The notes: a model not told the origin generated them from the sequence alone. Positions 1 to 11,946 are shown, numbered from the stretch's first letter. The stretch: 64,000 bases of DNA from an uncultured Acidobacteriota bacterium (GCA_963827655.1 CAWHCF010000023.1:128001-192000); one strand, 5' to 3'. A program made the numbers and translations.

Positions 1-2
1 CG

Positions 3-356
3 CCGGGAGAAATCTTGAAAACCTTCTGGGAAATGAACCAGCAGCCCGACAAGGTGCGGCAGTTCGCCAACGAACTATTCCAGGGGAGCATCGCGCAGCT
101 TCAGGAGATCGACGACGTTATCCAGCAGCACACGCAGAACTGGCGCCTCAGCCGCATGGCTGCGGTCGATCGTAACATTCTCCGCGTGGCTGTCTACGAG
201 CTGATGTCTGACTGGCGGACGCCCAGAACCGTGGTCATCAACGAAGCGCTCGAAATCGCCAAGAAATTCTCCACCAACGAGTCCGCCCAGTTCGTAAACG
301 GCATCCTTGACAGCATCAAGACCAACCTGGCACCGGCGACGGGGCGTGGAAAGTAG
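3..356 (+). CDS. nusB: Transcription antitermination factor NusB (5' end probably outside the window)
   Basis: Motifs WRLSRMAAVDRNILR, VVINEALEIAKKF and FVNGILD; the frame is open to the window edge. Confidence 0.93.
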   Translation, partial: PGEILKTFWEMNQQPDKVRQFANELFQGSIAQLQEIDDVIQQHTQNWRLSRMAAVDRNILRVAVYELMSDWRTPRTVVINEALEIAKKFSTNESAQFVNGILDSIKTNLAPATGRGK

Positions 357-423
357 GACAGACAAGATTCTTCGTGTTTCTTCGTGTCTTTGAGTCTTAG
401 TGGTATTTGTTTAGGGAATAGGG

Positions 424-1932
424 ATGGACCAACCGACTGACCCCTTGGCCCAGCGCCGTCATAAATTGCGAGAATTGAAAGGGCTGGGCTACGAGCCTTA
501 TCCTCGGAAGTTCGAGTACAGCCACACGGCGGCCGGGATCCGCGCTCAATACGCCTCCACGACGGCGGCCGAGCTTGAGGCGCAGAAGGTCATGGTCCGG
601 ACCTGCGGCCGGATCATGCGCCTGCGGCCACACGGAAAAGCGGGCTTCCTGGACATCTCAGACGGGGAGCACAATCTACAGGTTTACGTCCGTCAAGATA
701 CCGTGGGCCAGGAAGGATTCAAGCTGTTTGAGCTCCTCGACCTGGGAGATATCATCGGCACGGAGGGGACTCTGTTCCGGACACGCACGAACGAGTTGAC
801 GGTGCTGGCCGCTACGCTTCATTTCCTGTCGAAGAGCCTGCTGCCGCTGCCGGAAAAATGGCACGGCCTTACCGATATTGAGACCCGCTTCAGGCAGCGA
901 TACGTGGATCTGATCGTCAACAAGGACGTGCGCGAGGTCTTCGTCAAACGGAGCCTGATCGTCCGCGAGATCCGCAATTTTCTGGACGCGCGCGGTTATC
1001 TCGAAGTGGAGACCCCCGTGCTGCAAGGCGTCGCGGGGGGAGCCATGGCGCGTCCCTTCAAGACTCATCACCACGCACTCGATATGGAACTCTACCTGCG
1101 CATCGCTCTGGAGCTTCATTTGAAGCGTCTCATCATTGGAGGTATCCCGCGAGTCTATGAACTGAGCCGTATTTTTCGCAATGAAGGGATTTCGACGCAG
1201 CACAATCCGGAATTCACGATGCTGGAGTTCTACCAGGCTTACAGCGACTACCGTGACTTGATGGACCTCACTCAAGTGATGTTCACGCGGGTGATTGAAT
1301 CCGTCGTCGGTTCGCTTGAAATCCCCTTCCAGGAGCACACCCTGGATTTTCGTCAATGGCAGCGCTACTCGATGAAAGAGGCGATCCTGCGCTTCTGGCC
1401 CTCGGACGGACCTCGAATCTCCGAGACGGATCTCGCAAACCAGGACAAACTTCGCGAGCTCTTGCGAGGACTCAACGTTTCCTTCGAGCCGGGGGACGGG
1501 CGCGGCAAGCTGCTGGGGTCTTTGTTTGAGACCGTGGCCGAGTCTCACCTGATCCAGCCGACGTTCATCTACGACTATCCTACCGAGATTTCTCCACTGG
1601 CAAAGACCAAGCCCGATGATCCGGAAACCGTCGAGCGTTTCGAGCTCTACATCGGGGGCATGGAGATTGCCAACGGGTATTCGGAATTGAACGATCCAGC
1701 CGAGCAACGGACACGGTTTGAGGAACAGCTCAAGAGTAGAGAGCTCGGAGACGAGGAGGCTCATGCAATGGACGAAGACTATCTCCGAGCCCTGAGCTAT
1801 GGCATGCCGCCAACCGCCGGTGAGGGAATCGGAATCGATCGTTTGACCATGGTGCTCACGAACTCGCGGTCGATTCGCGATGTGATTCTGTTCCCATTGC
1901 TGCGCCGGGAATCGGAACAGGAGAGGCAGTAA
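424..1932 (+). CDS. lysS: Lysine--tRNA ligase (class II)
   Basis: OB-fold N-terminus, [44 protein letters not shown]. Confidence 0.97.
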   Translation: MDQPTDPLAQRRHKLRELKGLGYEPYPRKFEYSHTAAGIRAQYASTTAAELEAQKVMVRTCGRIMRLRPHGKAGFLDISDGEHNLQVYVRQDTVGQEGFKLFELLDLGDIIGTEGTLFRTRTNELTVLAATLHFLSKSLLPLPEKWHGLTDIETRFRQRYVDLIVNKDVREVFVKRSLIVREIRNFLDARGYLEVETPVLQGVAGGAMARPFKTHHHALDMELYLRIALELHLKRLIIGGIPRVYELSRIFRNEGISTQHNPEFTMLEFYQAYSDYRDLMDLTQVMFTRVIESVVGSLEIPFQEHTLDFRQWQRYSMKEAILRFWPSDGPRISETDLANQDKLRELLRGLNVSFEPGDGRGKLLGSLFETVAESHLIQPTFIYDYPTEISPLAKTKPDDPETVERFELYIGGMEIANGYSELNDPAEQRTRFEEQLKSRELGDEEAHAMDEDYLRALSYGMPPTAGEGIGIDRLTMVLTNSRSIRDVILFPLLRRESEQERQ

Positions 1933-2019
1933 GCAGTATCAGGATTCTGCCTGGTCGTGCTGTTCGCAATTACGCTAACGTTCGAAGCTGAGGCCGAAAG
2001 GCATAGGTCCGGCGTAAGA

Positions 2020-2125
2020 AGTGTGAAAAATTGGTCTGTGGCGGTCATCAGACTGTTACTCGCCCGGTCATGGCGACGTGCTTACCCGTCCGTTCCGTCG
2101 ACGTGCGGGGCTATTCATTGCCGGC
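2020..2125 (-). repeat. Degenerate copy of a dispersed MITE-like family (also at about 32650, 55550 and 59980)
   Basis: tgtggcggtcatcagactgtt..actcgcccggtcatg..gtgcggggctat is the approximate reverse complement of atagcccgtccgcacatgaaccgggcgagt..caacagtct..gacccgcgccaca. Confidence 0.6.
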
Positions 2126-2199
2126 CCTAGGCAAAACAGAGCCGCTCTGCCCAATACGTTAGCGTATTTATGAACCAGCCGACTTAGTGCCTACTGCCT

Positions 2200-3455
2200 A
2201 TGCCCTTCGAGCTCTTTGTCGCTTTTCGCTACCTCAAGGCTAAACGGAAGCAGACGATGGTTTCGGTGATTTCGGGCATATCGATGCTCGGGATCACCGC
2301 CGGCGTGATGGCGCTTGTCATCGCGCTGGCCCTCTCCACCGGATTCAGAGAGGACATCCAGGGCAAGATCATCGGAGCAACGTCTCACATCAATCTCATA
2401 CGGCTGGATGGCACGCCTCTCTCGAACCACGAGGAGCTTGCAGAAAAACTTCGAAGCGTCCCCCACGTCACAGGAATAGCGCCGGCCATTTTCAATCAGG
2501 TTCTTGCCGCCAGCGCGTTTCGCAGTCAGGGAGCCGTGCTTAAAGGCGTGGACCTGCGGCGGGAGAGTGAGGTCTCCGACTTCTTTGCGCACATCGTCGA
2601 GGGAGACCCCAGGCTGATCGAGAAACCGCGGGCCTCCGACGACCCGGAGGCGCCCCCCGCTCCCGAACACTTGATCATGGGAAAAGAAATGGCTCAGACG
2701 CTGGCCGTCAAAGTCGGCGACACGCTCAGGTCCTCGTCCCCAAAGGAAGGCTCACTCCCTTCGGCATGTCGGCCGGGGTGAGAGTCTTTCGCGTGGCGGC
2801 GATATTCGAGTCCGGTCTCTGGGACTATGATGCCAACTGGGCCTACACCAGCCTTGAGACCGCGCGCCGGTTCTTCGCGCTCCCGCCGGGGTCAGTTTCC
2901 GTGCTGCAATTCAAGACCGACGATCTCGAGGGAGTCGAGGAAATCGCCGGGGCTATCCGCTCTGCTGCCGGTGCGGGATACACGACCACGACCTGGATCG
3001 ATCTCAACAAACCGCTCTTTTCGGCCCTGAAGCTGGAAAAACTCGCGCTCTTTATTACGATCAGCCTTATCGTATTCGTGGCTTCATTGAGCATCGTAAC
3101 CACCCTCATCATGATGGTTCTGGAGAAGCAGCGGGACATAGCGATTCTCACGGCCATGGGAGCGTCACAGAAGACCATCATGAAGATCTTTATGCTGCAA
3201 GGTCTGGTTATCGGCGTGGCGGGAACAATCTTGGGAGCTATTCTCGGGGTAGGCGCGTGCTGGATTCTGGATACTTACAAACTGATCCGCCTGCAGGCCG
3301 AGGTCTACAGCATCCCCTACGTTCCGTTCCACGTCAGAATCTGGGACGTGGCGCTCGTTTGCGCAACCGCCTTGCTGATCAGTTTTCTGGCCACGCTCTA
3401 CCCTGCGCGGAATGCGTCAAGACTGGATCCGGTGGAGATACTCCGATATGAGTGA
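2200..3455 (+). CDS. lolC: Lipoprotein-releasing ABC transporter permease LolC/E, split by one frameshift near 2730-2765
   Basis: ORF 2200-2781 (FVAFRYLKAKRKQ, MacB periplasmic domain) and ORF 2766-3455 (FtsX domain, [21 protein letters not shown]) form one protein. Confidence 0.88.
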
Positions 3456-4143
3456 ATTGCTTGTCGTGCAGGATCTCTGCAAGGCCTACACGTCAGGGAA
3501 TCAGCGGCTCCAGATTCTGGTCAACCTTTCACTGATAGTCTCGAAAGGAGAAATGGTGGCTGTCACCGGAGTCTCCGGCTCCGGCAAAAGCACACTACTG
3601 CATCTGCTGGGAGGCATGGAACGTCCCGACCATGGATCGATTCAGATCAACGGGACGGAGATCTCGAAACTAACCGCGTTGGAGCTCTCCTCCTTCCGCA
3701 ACACAACCGTCGGTTTCGTGTTCCAGTTCCATCACCTGCTGCCGGAATTTACCGCCCTGGAAAATGTCGTCATGCCACTCCTGATCCGGGGAGAGCCGCC
3801 GGCCAAGGCCGCGATCACCGGCAGGACACTCCTGGAGCAAGTGGAGCTGCAAACGCGCAGCCATCACAGGCCCGGCGAACTTTCCGGCGGCGAGCAGCAG
3901 CGCGTGGCGTTGGCGCGCGCGCTGGCCGGAAACCCCCGGTTGTTGCTGGCCGATGAGCCGACCGGCAATCTCGATCAGCACACCGGCGAAGAGATCAATC
4001 TCCTCATCCATTCCTTGCACCAGCGCCATGGACTGACGTCGGTATTGGTGACTCACAACGAGAGATTGGCGAGCGCGTCCGATACGGCGTATCGACTGGA
4101 AAACGGTCGTCTAAAGGCAGTAGCAGTAAGCAGTAGGCAGTAA
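3448..4143 (+). CDS. lolD: Lipoprotein-releasing ABC transporter ATPase LolD
   Basis: [47 protein letters not shown]; ATG 3448 overlaps the lolC end. Confidence 0.92.
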   Translation: MSELLVVQDLCKAYTSGNQRLQILVNLSLIVSKGEMVAVTGVSGSGKSTLLHLLGGMERPDHGSIQINGTEISKLTALELSSFRNTTVGFVFQFHHLLPEFTALENVVMPLLIRGEPPAKAAITGRTLLEQVELQTRSHHRPGELSGGEQQRVALARALAGNPRLLLADEPTGNLDQHTGEEINLLIHSLHQRHGLTSVLVTHNERLASASDTAYRLENGRLKAVAVSSRQ

Positions 4144-4203
4144 ACAGCTGATTTACTCCGGTACTGCCTACTGCCTACCGCCTACTGCCTACTGGTTTTT
4201 TTT
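4115..4203 (+). terminator. Hairpin built from inverted heptamer arrays (AGGCAGT)n / (ACTGCCT)n followed by a T run
   Basis: aggcagtagcagtaagcagtaggcagta ... tactgcctactgcctaccgcctactgcctactgg then tttttttt. Confidence 0.55.
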
Positions 4204-4251
4204 ATTCTCTATCCGTATAATGCATAATCATTTAGAAATGAGCGCAATCCT

Positions 4252-6693
4252 ATGTTCGAAAAGTATACGGAGAAAGCACGCCGAGTAATATTTTTTGCAC
4301 GGTATGAAGCGAGTCAGTTCGGCAGCCCTTACATAGAAACGGAGCATCTGCTGCTCGGGCTGATTCGCGAAGACAAAAGCCTCACCAATCGCTTCTTTCC
4401 CAAGGCCAACGCCACCATAGACAGCATCCGGAAAGACATTGAAGGCCGGACCCTGATTCGGGATAAGGTATCGACCTCGGTCGATCTCCCCTTCTCCGAC
4501 GAGAGCAAGCGAGCCCTCAACTGCGCCGCAGAGGAATCCGAGCGCCTCTCGCACAAGCATATCGGCACCGAGCACATCCTGCTCGGTCTGCTGCGCGAGG
4601 AGAAATCGGTCGCGGCGGAAATCCTGCGTGAAAGAGGGCTGCGGCTCGGGATGGTACGCGAAGAGCTGGGCCGTGGATCGGGCGACAAACATGCTCAAGG
4701 CCGGACCAAGGAGCCGCTCAGCCTGGTAGAGTTTTCCCGGGATCTCACCGAAGCGGCCATGAATGACGGCCTGGATCCGCTCATCGGCAGAGAGAACGAG
4801 ATCGAACGCATGATCCAGATTCTTTGCCGGAGGACCAAGAACAATCCGGTTCTCATCGGCGAGCCCGGAGTGGGGAAGACGGCCATCGTGGAAGGCCTGT
4901 CGCAGAGAATTGTCAATGGCCAGGTTCCGCCTCAGCTCCTGGACAAGAGGATTCTTGCCCTGGACATTTCACTCATCGTGGCCGGAACGAAATACCGCGG
5001 GCAGTTCGAAGAACGATTGAAGACGATCATGAAGGAGCTGGTGGAGAATCGGAACTTGATCGTTTTTATCGACGAGCTGCACACGCTGGTAGGCGCCGGT
5101 TCCGCCGAAGGATCCCTGGACGCGGCCAATATTCTCAAGCCGGCGCTGTCGCGCGGGGAAATTCAGTGTGTCGGGTCGACTACGCCGTATGAATACCGCC
5201 GCTCCATTGAGAAGGACCGCTCGCTCGAACGCCGATTTCAGGCCATCAAGGTGATCCCTCCCACCGAGCGGGAAAGCGTCACCATACTTCACGGCATCAA
5301 GGAAAAATACGAAAGCTTCCATCAACTCAAGTACACCGACGAGGCTCTGGAAGCGTCCGTGTATCTCTCCAACCGCTACATCCCCGATCGCTTCCTGCCT
5401 GACAAGGCCATCGACCTGATCGATGAGGCCGGAGCTCGGGTCAAGCTGCGGGCCACGGCGATTCCGGAGGAGATGATCAATATCCAGCGGCGCATCCGAG
5501 TCATCGATGGCCGAATCGAAAGCGCCATTTCGGCCCAGGAATTCGAGAAGGCCGCGCGCTACCGGCTCGAAGAAGACATGGAACAGGAGAACCTTCAAAT
5601 CATCAAAGAGCGCTGGAAGCTCAAGACCACCGTCCCTCTGAAGGTCCTGCGCGAAGACATCGAGGAAGTCATCGCCAAATGGACCGGAATCCCGATGTCT
5701 TCCATCCATGAAGAGGAGATGTCGAAGCTGGTTCGGATGGAAGAAGAGCTGCACAAGCGCATCATAAGCCAGGATAAAGCCATCGCCGCCCTGAGCAAGG
5801 CGATCCGCCGCTCGCGCGCCGGCTTGAAGTCGCCCAAGCGGCCGGTCGGGTCGTTCTTGTTTCTGGGACCCACCGGCGTCGGAAAGACCGAGATGGCAAA
5901 ATCTCTCGCCGCTTTCCTGTTCGGAAGCGAAAACGCCATGATCCGGCTTGACATGTCGGAATACATGGAGAAGCACTCGGTCTCCAAGCTCATCGGATCG
6001 CCTCCCGGGTACGTCGGGCATGAAGAAGGAGGACAGCTCACCGAAAAAGTGAAGCGCAACCCTTATTCGGTCTTGCTGCTGGACGAGATCGAGAAGGCCC
6101 ATCCGGACGTTTACAACATTCTGCTGCAAGTCTTCGAGGACGGCCAGCTCACGGATTCCCTGGGCAACGCGATCGACTTCAAGAATTGCATTATCATCAT
6201 GACTTCCAATATCGGGGCCCGCTTCCTGGAGAAGCGTGGACACATGGGCTTTCGCACTACCTCCGATTCAGACAACAAGAAGACCGAAGAGCTGATTCAG
6301 GGTGAGGTAAAGCGGACATTCAACCCCGAATTTCTCAACCGCCTGGATGAAATCATCCTGTTCGAGGCGCTGACCGACGAGGATCTGGAGAAAATCGTCG
6401 ACCTGCTCATCCGGCACGTCAACGAGGTCATGAGCCAGAAGAAAATTTCCATCTCGCTGCGCCCGGAAGTCCGGAAATGGATTGTAGTGAAAACGTGCCA
6501 CGACCGTTCTTACGGCGCCCGGCCGCTCCGGCGCGCGATCCAGCGATACATTGAAGATCCGCTCTCGGAATCCCTGATACAAAACCGAATCCAGCCCCAT
6601 TCCGCTATTGAGATTTCTCTTCAAAAGGACGATTCCCTGGAATACAACGTCGCGAGTGAGCCTGTTGAATCGGGCGACAAGCTGAGCAGCTGA
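4252..6693 (+). CDS. clpC: ATP-dependent Clp protease ATP-binding subunit ClpC
   Basis: Clp-N repeats, two AAA+ modules ([16 protein letters not shown]), UVR-like middle domain, MGF ClpP-binding loop. Confidence 0.94.
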   Translation: MFEKYTEKARRVIFFARYEASQFGSPYIETEHLLLGLIREDKSLTNRFFPKANATIDSIRKDIEGRTLIRDKVSTSVDLPFSDESKRALNCAAEESERLSHKHIGTEHILLGLLREEKSVAAEILRERGLRLGMVREELGRGSGDKHAQGRTKEPLSLVEFSRDLTEAAMNDGLDPLIGRENEIERMIQILCRRTKNNPVLIGEPGVGKTAIVEGLSQRIVNGQVPPQLLDKRILALDISLIVAGTKYRGQFEERLKTIMKELVENRNLIVFIDELHTLVGAGSAEGSLDAANILKPALSRGEIQCVGSTTPYEYRRSIEKDRSLERRFQAIKVIPPTERESVTILHGIKEKYESFHQLKYTDEALEASVYLSNRYIPDRFLPDKAIDLIDEAGARVKLRATAIPEEMINIQRRIRVIDGRIESAISAQEFEKAARYRLEEDMEQENLQIIKERWKLKTTVPLKVLREDIEEVIAKWTGIPMSSIHEEEMSKLVRMEEELHKRIISQDKAIAALSKAIRRSRAGLKSPKRPVGSFLFLGPTGVGKTEMAKSLAAFLFGSENAMIRLDMSEYMEKHSVSKLIGSPPGYVGHEEGGQLTEKVKRNPYSVLLLDEIEKAHPDVYNILLQVFEDGQLTDSLGNAIDFKNCIIIMTSNIGARFLEKRGHMGFRTTSDSDNKKTEELIQGEVKRTFNPEFLNRLDEIILFEALTDEDLEKIVDLLIRHVNEVMSQKKISISLRPEVRKWIVVKTCHDRSYGARPLRRAIQRYIEDPLSESLIQNRIQPHSAIEISLQKDDSLEYNVASEPVESGDKLSS

Positions 6694-6786
6694 TTCTTCG
6701 CCGATCACGCGCGCCGCCGAAAGACGCGAAGAAAAAATGAAACCTCCGATCGAAGTTGAAGTCTAACAACTCCAGGTGAGTTCCAT

Positions 6787-6878
6787 ATTAGCGTTTCCTC
6801 GAGTCTTCGTGTCCTAGAGGTTGGTTTTGTTTTGCCGCACCAACCACGAAGTCTCCAAGACACGAAGAAACGCCAAAG
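6787..6878. repeat. Inverted pair of the 9-bp-period CTTCGTGTC intergenic repeat
   Basis: ttagcgtttcctcgagtcttcgtgtcctagaggttgg ... ccaaccacgaagtctccaagacacgaagaaacgccaa. Confidence 0.7.
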
Positions 6879-6964
6879 CTCGACTTGGGCTGGATTTCGA
6901 CTCGTGTTTCGTCTAACATTCTCCCCATTCCGATTGCGGATTGAAGACTGGAGCTGGAGGACCG

Positions 6965-9550
6965 ATGTCTGGTTTTAGAAAAACAGGGTTGATTTTCGGG
7001 TTTTTTCTGATGAGCCTGCCGGCTCAGGCCCAGCAACCCGAAAGACCAACAGTTCAGAGCATCGATGTCCGCGGGAACCGTCGCATCCCCGAAGACACAA
7101 TTCGCTTCTACATCCAGTCGCGGCCGGGAGACCCGTACGATCCGGGACGTCTCGAACTCGATTTGAGGGCCTTATACAAAGCCAATTTCTTTGAAACCAT
7201 CGAGGTCGATGAGCGCGATGGAGATACAGGCAAGATCATCACCTTCATATTGAAGGAAAAGCCTCTGATTCGCACCATCAAGTATGAAGGAAACAAGTCA
7301 TTCACCGAATCCAACATCCTGGAGCATTTCAAGGAACGTAAGGTCGGACTGACGGTAGACAGTCAGTACGACCCCGCCAAGATCCGGATGGCCGAACGCG
7401 CCCTGAAGGATCTCATGGAGCGCAACGGGAAACCGCTGGGGACGGTCCGTACTGAAATCGAGCAGGTGCCTCCGTCAAGCGTCAACGCTACCTTCATCAT
7501 GGATGAGGGTCCCAAGGTCCGGATCGGCGAAATCAAGTTCGTCGGTAACAAGGTATTCAAGGACAGCGAGCTCAGGGATGCCCTGAAGCTCACCAAGGAA
7601 CGCGGAATGTTCAGCATTTTCAAGGGGACCGACAAGTTCCACAAGGCCAAGCTCGAAGCCGACATTGAGATGAACCTCAAGGCGTTCTACAAGGAGAACG
7701 GCTATATTCAGGTCCAGGTGGGCGAGCCGGTAACCCGCATATTCGAGGGTTCCCGCGGGTTCGTCCCCATGTTCCGCAAGACCAAGCAACAGTTCTTCGT
7801 GGAAGTCCCGGTCGACTCGGGCGAACAGTACCGGGTGGGTGAATTGAAAATCGAGGGGAGCACGATCTTCAAGAACGACGCCTTGACCAGAGTGTTCGGC
7901 CTGGAACAAGGGGACGTGGTAAACCACAAGAAAATTAAGGACGGCCTGGAGAACATCAAGAAACTATACGGCAATCTCGGTTACATCAACTGGTCCTATC
8001 TTCCGGAGCAAACCTTCGACGAGCAGAACCGGACCATGAACCTGAAGTTCAACTTCGTCGAGGACAAACAGTTCTTCGTCAACCGGATTCACTTTGCGGG
8101 AAACACCAAGACCCGGGATAAGGTGATGCGCCGGGAGTTCGCGCTCGAGGAAGGAAATGTCTTCAGCAGCGCGGCCCTGGATCTGTCGGTGTTGCGCCTC
8201 AACCAATTGGGATTCTTTGAAAAAATCGAAGAGAAGGACTACACGGTCACGCCGGACGCGAAGAACGCGCAGGTGGATGTCACCGTGAAGGTCAAGGAGA
8301 GAAGCCAGCAGTCCATCGGGCTGACCGGCGGGGTGAGCGGGATTTCCGGGAGTTTTCTCGGGCTCAACTATACGACGAACAACTTCCTGGGGCGGGGCGA
8401 GACCCTCGAATTCGCTGTCACCGGGGGGACGCGCACCACGGACTTCCTCATTTCATTTACCGAGCCCTATCTGATGGATTCGCGGTGGAACATGGGCCTT
8501 TCCGTGTTCAACCAGCGCTATCGCTTTGATACCTACAGCCTTTACGGATTTACCGGCGCTCTTACGGGCGGGGATCCCGTCGAGCTTTTCACGCGGCGCA
8601 CCACCGGTACCACGATTTCGCTCAGCCGTCCCCTTGGATATTCGTTCTGGAGACTGGGAGCGAGCTACTCCTACCAGAAGATCGGAATCGGTCGAATCGC
8701 GCCGGGATTCGAGCCCTTCGCCCTGGGGCAGCTGGTCGGATTTGCCCCCGGGGGAAACGCCGCCCAAGCCCTCGAGGGCATTATCCGCAGCGAGGTCACT
8801 CCCACGCTCTCCTACAACACGACCAACCACTACTTCAACCCCACCCGGGGCATGGCCTTGACTATATCGTCGGCCGTCGCAGGCGGCATCCTGGGCGGCG
8901 ATTTCAGCATGATTCGCCCCCTGGTCGAATATCGGCACTTTTTCCCCGACAGATTGATCAGCAAGGGTCGAAATACTTTTGGCTACCGGTTCCTGGGCGA
9001 ATACATCAAGGCGTTCGACGATTCCGTCATACCGTTCTTCGAGCGCTTCTTCATCGGGGGCGAAACCACGCTGCGAGGATTCGACATCCGGTCCATCAGC
9101 CCGCTGGCCATCGCGTCCACGCCCGCTCTGGATCCTCTGGGAAGTCCCGTGATCGACCTGAACACCGGGCTTCCGCGCATCGACCGGAATATCACACCGA
9201 TCGGGGGTGACACTATGGTCATGTTCAACGGAGAGTATCGCATTCCGATCGCCGGCCCTTTGTCAATGGCGCTGTTCTACGACGTGGGCTTCTCGGGCGT
9301 GACCTCGCTGAACAATATAGGAAACCTGGGCAACACCTCGATAAATCTGATCGAGGCGACCAACAACGTGATCCGAGGCTCAAGCGGGGTTGAGATCCAA
9401 TTCTTGTTGCCGGTCGTGAGCGCGCCATTCAGGTTGATCTTTGCCTTCAACCCGCACACTTTCAACGACACCATCCTGGTAGGAACCACGCCGCTTCAGA
9501 TCCGGGAACCGAGAAGAGACATCAAGTTCACCATCGGTCGTAGTTTCTAG
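6965..9550 (+). CDS. bamA: Outer membrane protein assembly factor BamA
   Basis: Signal peptide, POTRA repeats (GNTKTRDKVMRRE), TLRGF loop-6 motif, terminal Phe; GGAGG RBS before ATG 6965. Confidence 0.95.
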   Translation: MSGFRKTGLIFGFFLMSLPAQAQQPERPTVQSIDVRGNRRIPEDTIRFYIQSRPGDPYDPGRLELDLRALYKANFFETIEVDERDGDTGKIITFILKEKPLIRTIKYEGNKSFTESNILEHFKERKVGLTVDSQYDPAKIRMAERALKDLMERNGKPLGTVRTEIEQVPPSSVNATFIMDEGPKVRIGEIKFVGNKVFKDSELRDALKLTKERGMFSIFKGTDKFHKAKLEADIEMNLKAFYKENGYIQVQVGEPVTRIFEGSRGFVPMFRKTKQQFFVEVPVDSGEQYRVGELKIEGSTIFKNDALTRVFGLEQGDVVNHKKIKDGLENIKKLYGNLGYINWSYLPEQTFDEQNRTMNLKFNFVEDKQFFVNRIHFAGNTKTRDKVMRREFALEEGNVFSSAALDLSVLRLNQLGFFEKIEEKDYTVTPDAKNAQVDVTVKVKERSQQSIGLTGGVSGISGSFLGLNYTTNNFLGRGETLEFAVTGGTRTTDFLISFTEPYLMDSRWNMGLSVFNQRYRFDTYSLYGFTGALTGGDPVELFTRRTTGTTISLSRPLGYSFWRLGASYSYQKIGIGRIAPGFEPFALGQLVGFAPGGNAAQALEGIIRSEVTPTLSYNTTNHYFNPTRGMALTISSAVAGGILGGDFSMIRPLVEYRHFFPDRLISKGRNTFGYRFLGEYIKAFDDSVIPFFERFFIGGETTLRGFDIRSISPLAIASTPALDPLGSPVIDLNTGLPRIDRNITPIGGDTMVMFNGEYRIPIAGPLSMALFYDVGFSGVTSLNNIGNLGNTSINLIEATNNVIRGSSGVEIQFLLPVVSAPFRLIFAFNPHTFNDTILVGTTPLQIREPRRDIKFTIGRSF

Positions 9551-9563
9551 AGTCGGGCCTTAA

Positions 9564-9719
9564 GGGCTCGCGCAGAAATAACTTCACATTCTGGCGCTAG
9601 GTCGGTGGTCAATCATGAACCGGTTTTTGTTTAGTTACCGCATGCTGAGGATCGCGCCCCTTCGGGCTGCGGCCCGCAGGGGCCTGCAGCAGAAGGCGAA
9701 CTTATTTCTGCGCGAAACC
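9564..9719 (+). mobile_element. MITE, 156 bp, 18-bp terminal inverted repeats, TAA target duplication (internally deleted copy)
   Basis: taa-GGGCTCGCGCAGAAATAA...TTATTTCTGCGCGAAACC-taa; second copy in reverse orientation at 37546-37778. Confidence 0.85.
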
Positions 9720-9969
9720 TAAGGTCACCACAAAGTCGCAACGCAATCCTTGCTCGCGACGATGTTTTCGTGCCTCTTTGTGGTTGACTCTGTTCCGTCG
9801 CTCTCATCGCGCAGACACGACGAATAATCTTAGAAATTCAGAGTTTGACCCCTTGTTCCTTCCGTGAAACTATCTTAAACTCGTTTGGTTTGGGGCTTTA
9901 CGATTTCGGGCGCCAGTCCTGCGCCACGGCTTTCGAGAGACCCAAGAACGAAAAAGGAGAATACAATCG

Positions 9970-10635
9970 ATGCTTCAAAGATCGCTCTTCAGCCTTTTTT
10001 TCACCATTGCGTCTCTGACTCTGCCAGGACTTGCGCAGACTCCCTCTGCTCAGCAACCGGCGCAACCAGGTCAGCAGCCGGCACAACCCGCGGCGCAGCC
10101 CAGTCAGCAGCCTCCCCAGAAGCCGCCGGCAGCCCCTACAACACCGGCCGTGATCGGTCCTGCCAAGGTCGCCTGGCTGCATCTCGAACAGGCCATCGTC
10201 ACGTGCGACGAGGGGAAAAAAGAATTCGGAGAAGTGCAAAAATTCGTCGAGAAAAAGAATGCGGAACTGGAGGCCCTTCGCAAAGAGACGGAAACCCTCA
10301 AGAACCAGATGAATGTTCAGGGAGCGAAGCTGACCGACGAGGCGCGGGCCGATCTCGAAGAACAGATCGAAACCAAGGAAACAATCCTCCAGCGCTTTAC
10401 ACAGGATACGCAGAAAGAGATTGACGCCCGCCGCAACCGCTCTACCAATTTCATCGGACGAAAAATGCTTCCGGTCATCGAGAAACTTTCCAAGGAGAAA
10501 GGTTTGAGCGCCGTTGTCTATATCAATCCGACACGCGACGCCTGGGTTGACCCTTCTCTAATCATCACGGAAGAGGTAATCAAGGCTTACAACGCCGCCT
10601 ATCCCGCGGCAGCGACCGCCCCGCCCAAGAAGTGA
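9970..10635 (+). CDS. skp: OmpH/Skp periplasmic chaperone with a Gln/Pro-rich N-terminal linker
   Basis: Signal peptide, coiled-coil body, IEKLSKEKGLSAV..ITEEVIKAYN; follows bamA. Confidence 0.85.
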   Translation: MLQRSLFSLFFTIASLTLPGLAQTPSAQQPAQPGQQPAQPAAQPSQQPPQKPPAAPTTPAVIGPAKVAWLHLEQAIVTCDEGKKEFGEVQKFVEKKNAELEALRKETETLKNQMNVQGAKLTDEARADLEEQIETKETILQRFTQDTQKEIDARRNRSTNFIGRKMLPVIEKLSKEKGLSAVVYINPTRDAWVDPSLIITEEVIKAYNAAYPAAATAPPKK

Positions 10636-10653
10636 CGCTTCTGGCACCATCGC

Positions 10654-10689
10654 GGGGATGGCAGCGCGAGTGCTTCCATCCCCTTTTTT
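10654..10689 (+). terminator. Rho-independent terminator after skp
   Basis: ggggatggcagc-gcgagt-gcttccatcccc followed by tttttt. Confidence 0.75.
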
Positions 10690-10721
10690 GTGCGCGCCTC
10701 GACCGGCGGACTTAAGGAGTC

Positions 10722-11165
10722 ATGGATAGCATTCACAATATCCGTGAAATTCTGAAACTCCTCCCGCACCGGTATCCCTTTCTTCTGGTGGATCGGATCA
10801 TCGAATCCGACGGCTCCCTTCGCATGGTTGGAATCAAGAACGTCACTATCAACGAGGCGTTCTTTCAGGGACACTTCCCCGAACATCCGGTAATGCCCGG
10901 CGTTCTTCTGGTGGAAGCTCTGGCTCAAGTCGGTGTGATTCTGCTTTTCAGCGGCGATGAGAACCGCGCATCGAAGCTGGTTTATTTCTCGGGAATCGAC
11001 AAGTGCCGATTTCGCCATCCCGTCATACCGGGCGATCAGCTCCGTCTGGAAGTCACAGTCCTCAAGCACCGGGGCCCGTATTACAAGATGAAAGGGGAGG
11101 CACGAGTAGGGAATACCCTGGCGGCTGAAGCCGAGCTTTCGTGCGCGGTCGTGGATCGCAACTAG
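10722..11165 (+). CDS. fabZ: 3-hydroxyacyl-ACP dehydratase FabZ
   Basis: LPHRYPFLLVDRI, FFQGHFP, PVMPGVLLVEALAQ. Confidence 0.96.
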   Translation: MDSIHNIREILKLLPHRYPFLLVDRIIESDGSLRMVGIKNVTINEAFFQGHFPEHPVMPGVLLVEALAQVGVILLFSGDENRASKLVYFSGIDKCRFRHPVIPGDQLRLEVTVLKHRGPYYKMKGEARVGNTLAAEAELSCAVVDRN

Positions 11166-11166
11166 A

Positions 11167-11946
11167 ATGGCCATCCATCCGACCGCCATTATCGACCGGA
11201 CCGCGCAGATCGGTTCAAACGTCAGTATCGGACCCTATTGTATCGTCGGCCCTCACGTTCAAATCGGGAACGGTTCCGTTCTCGACTCTCACGTTCAAGT
11301 CTACGGATGGACCACCATCAGCGAAAATTGCCGTTTCTATAGCTTCGGCTCTATCGGGAGCGACCCGCAAGACCTGAAGTACCAGGGCGAGGAAACGTTT
11401 TTACGCATGGGCAAGGGGAACGTGTTTCGCGAGTTCGCGACCGTGAACCGCGGGACTCGCGGGGGCGGGGGAATCACGACTGTGGGAGATAACAGCTTCT
11501 TCATGGCTTACAGCCATGTGGCCCATGACTCCCATATCGGAAATCACGTCATCATGGCTAACTCCGCCACCCTTGCCGGACATGTCAGGGTGGAGGATCA
11601 CGCAGTCATCGGAGCTTTTTCCGCCGTCCACCAATTCTGCCGGGTCGGCCCTCACGCATTCATCGGCGGGTTTTCGGTGGTTACACGCGATGCCTTGCCC
11701 TACATCAAGACCGTGGGGGACCGGAACCAGGCCAAGATTTACGGAATCAACACCGTCGGCTTGCAGCGAAAAGGGATTCCTGAAAGCTCGATTGACGAGC
11801 TGAAGCAGGCCTACCGCGTCTTGTTCCGCTCGAAGCTCAACACGCATGACGCGCTGGCCCACGCAAGAGAGAGAAAATGGGCGGCTCCGGAAGTCGAGAC
11901 CCTGCTCCGATTCGTGGAGACGTCGGAGCGAGGGTTCATCCGGTGA
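11167..11946 (+). CDS. lpxA: Acyl-ACP--UDP-N-acetylglucosamine O-acyltransferase LpxA
   Basis: Hexapeptide repeats, PQDLKY, TVNRGT, SHVAHD, VHQFCRVG. Confidence 0.95.
   Translation: MAIHPTAIIDRTAQIGSNVSIGPYCIVGPHVQIGNGSVLDSHVQVYGWTTISENCRFYSFGSIGSDPQDLKYQGEETFLRMGKGNVFREFATVNRGTRGGGGITTVGDNSFFMAYSHVAHDSHIGNHVIMANSATLAGHVRVEDHAVIGAFSAVHQFCRVGPHAFIGGFSVVTRDALPYIKTVGDRNQAKIYGINTVGLQRKGIPESSIDELKQAYRVLFRSKLNTHDALAHARERKWAAPEVETLLRFVETSERGFIR

Noticed and set aside
676-6243. Long antisense ORFs (676-1764, 4969-6243; also 11401-12717, 53782-55149, 56507-58459)
   Set aside because: Shadow frames of well-supported genes in GC-rich DNA, with no recognisable motifs
10020-10150. Gln/Pro/Ala repeats in skp as a DNA repeat element
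   Set aside because: Low-complexity protein linker with variable codons
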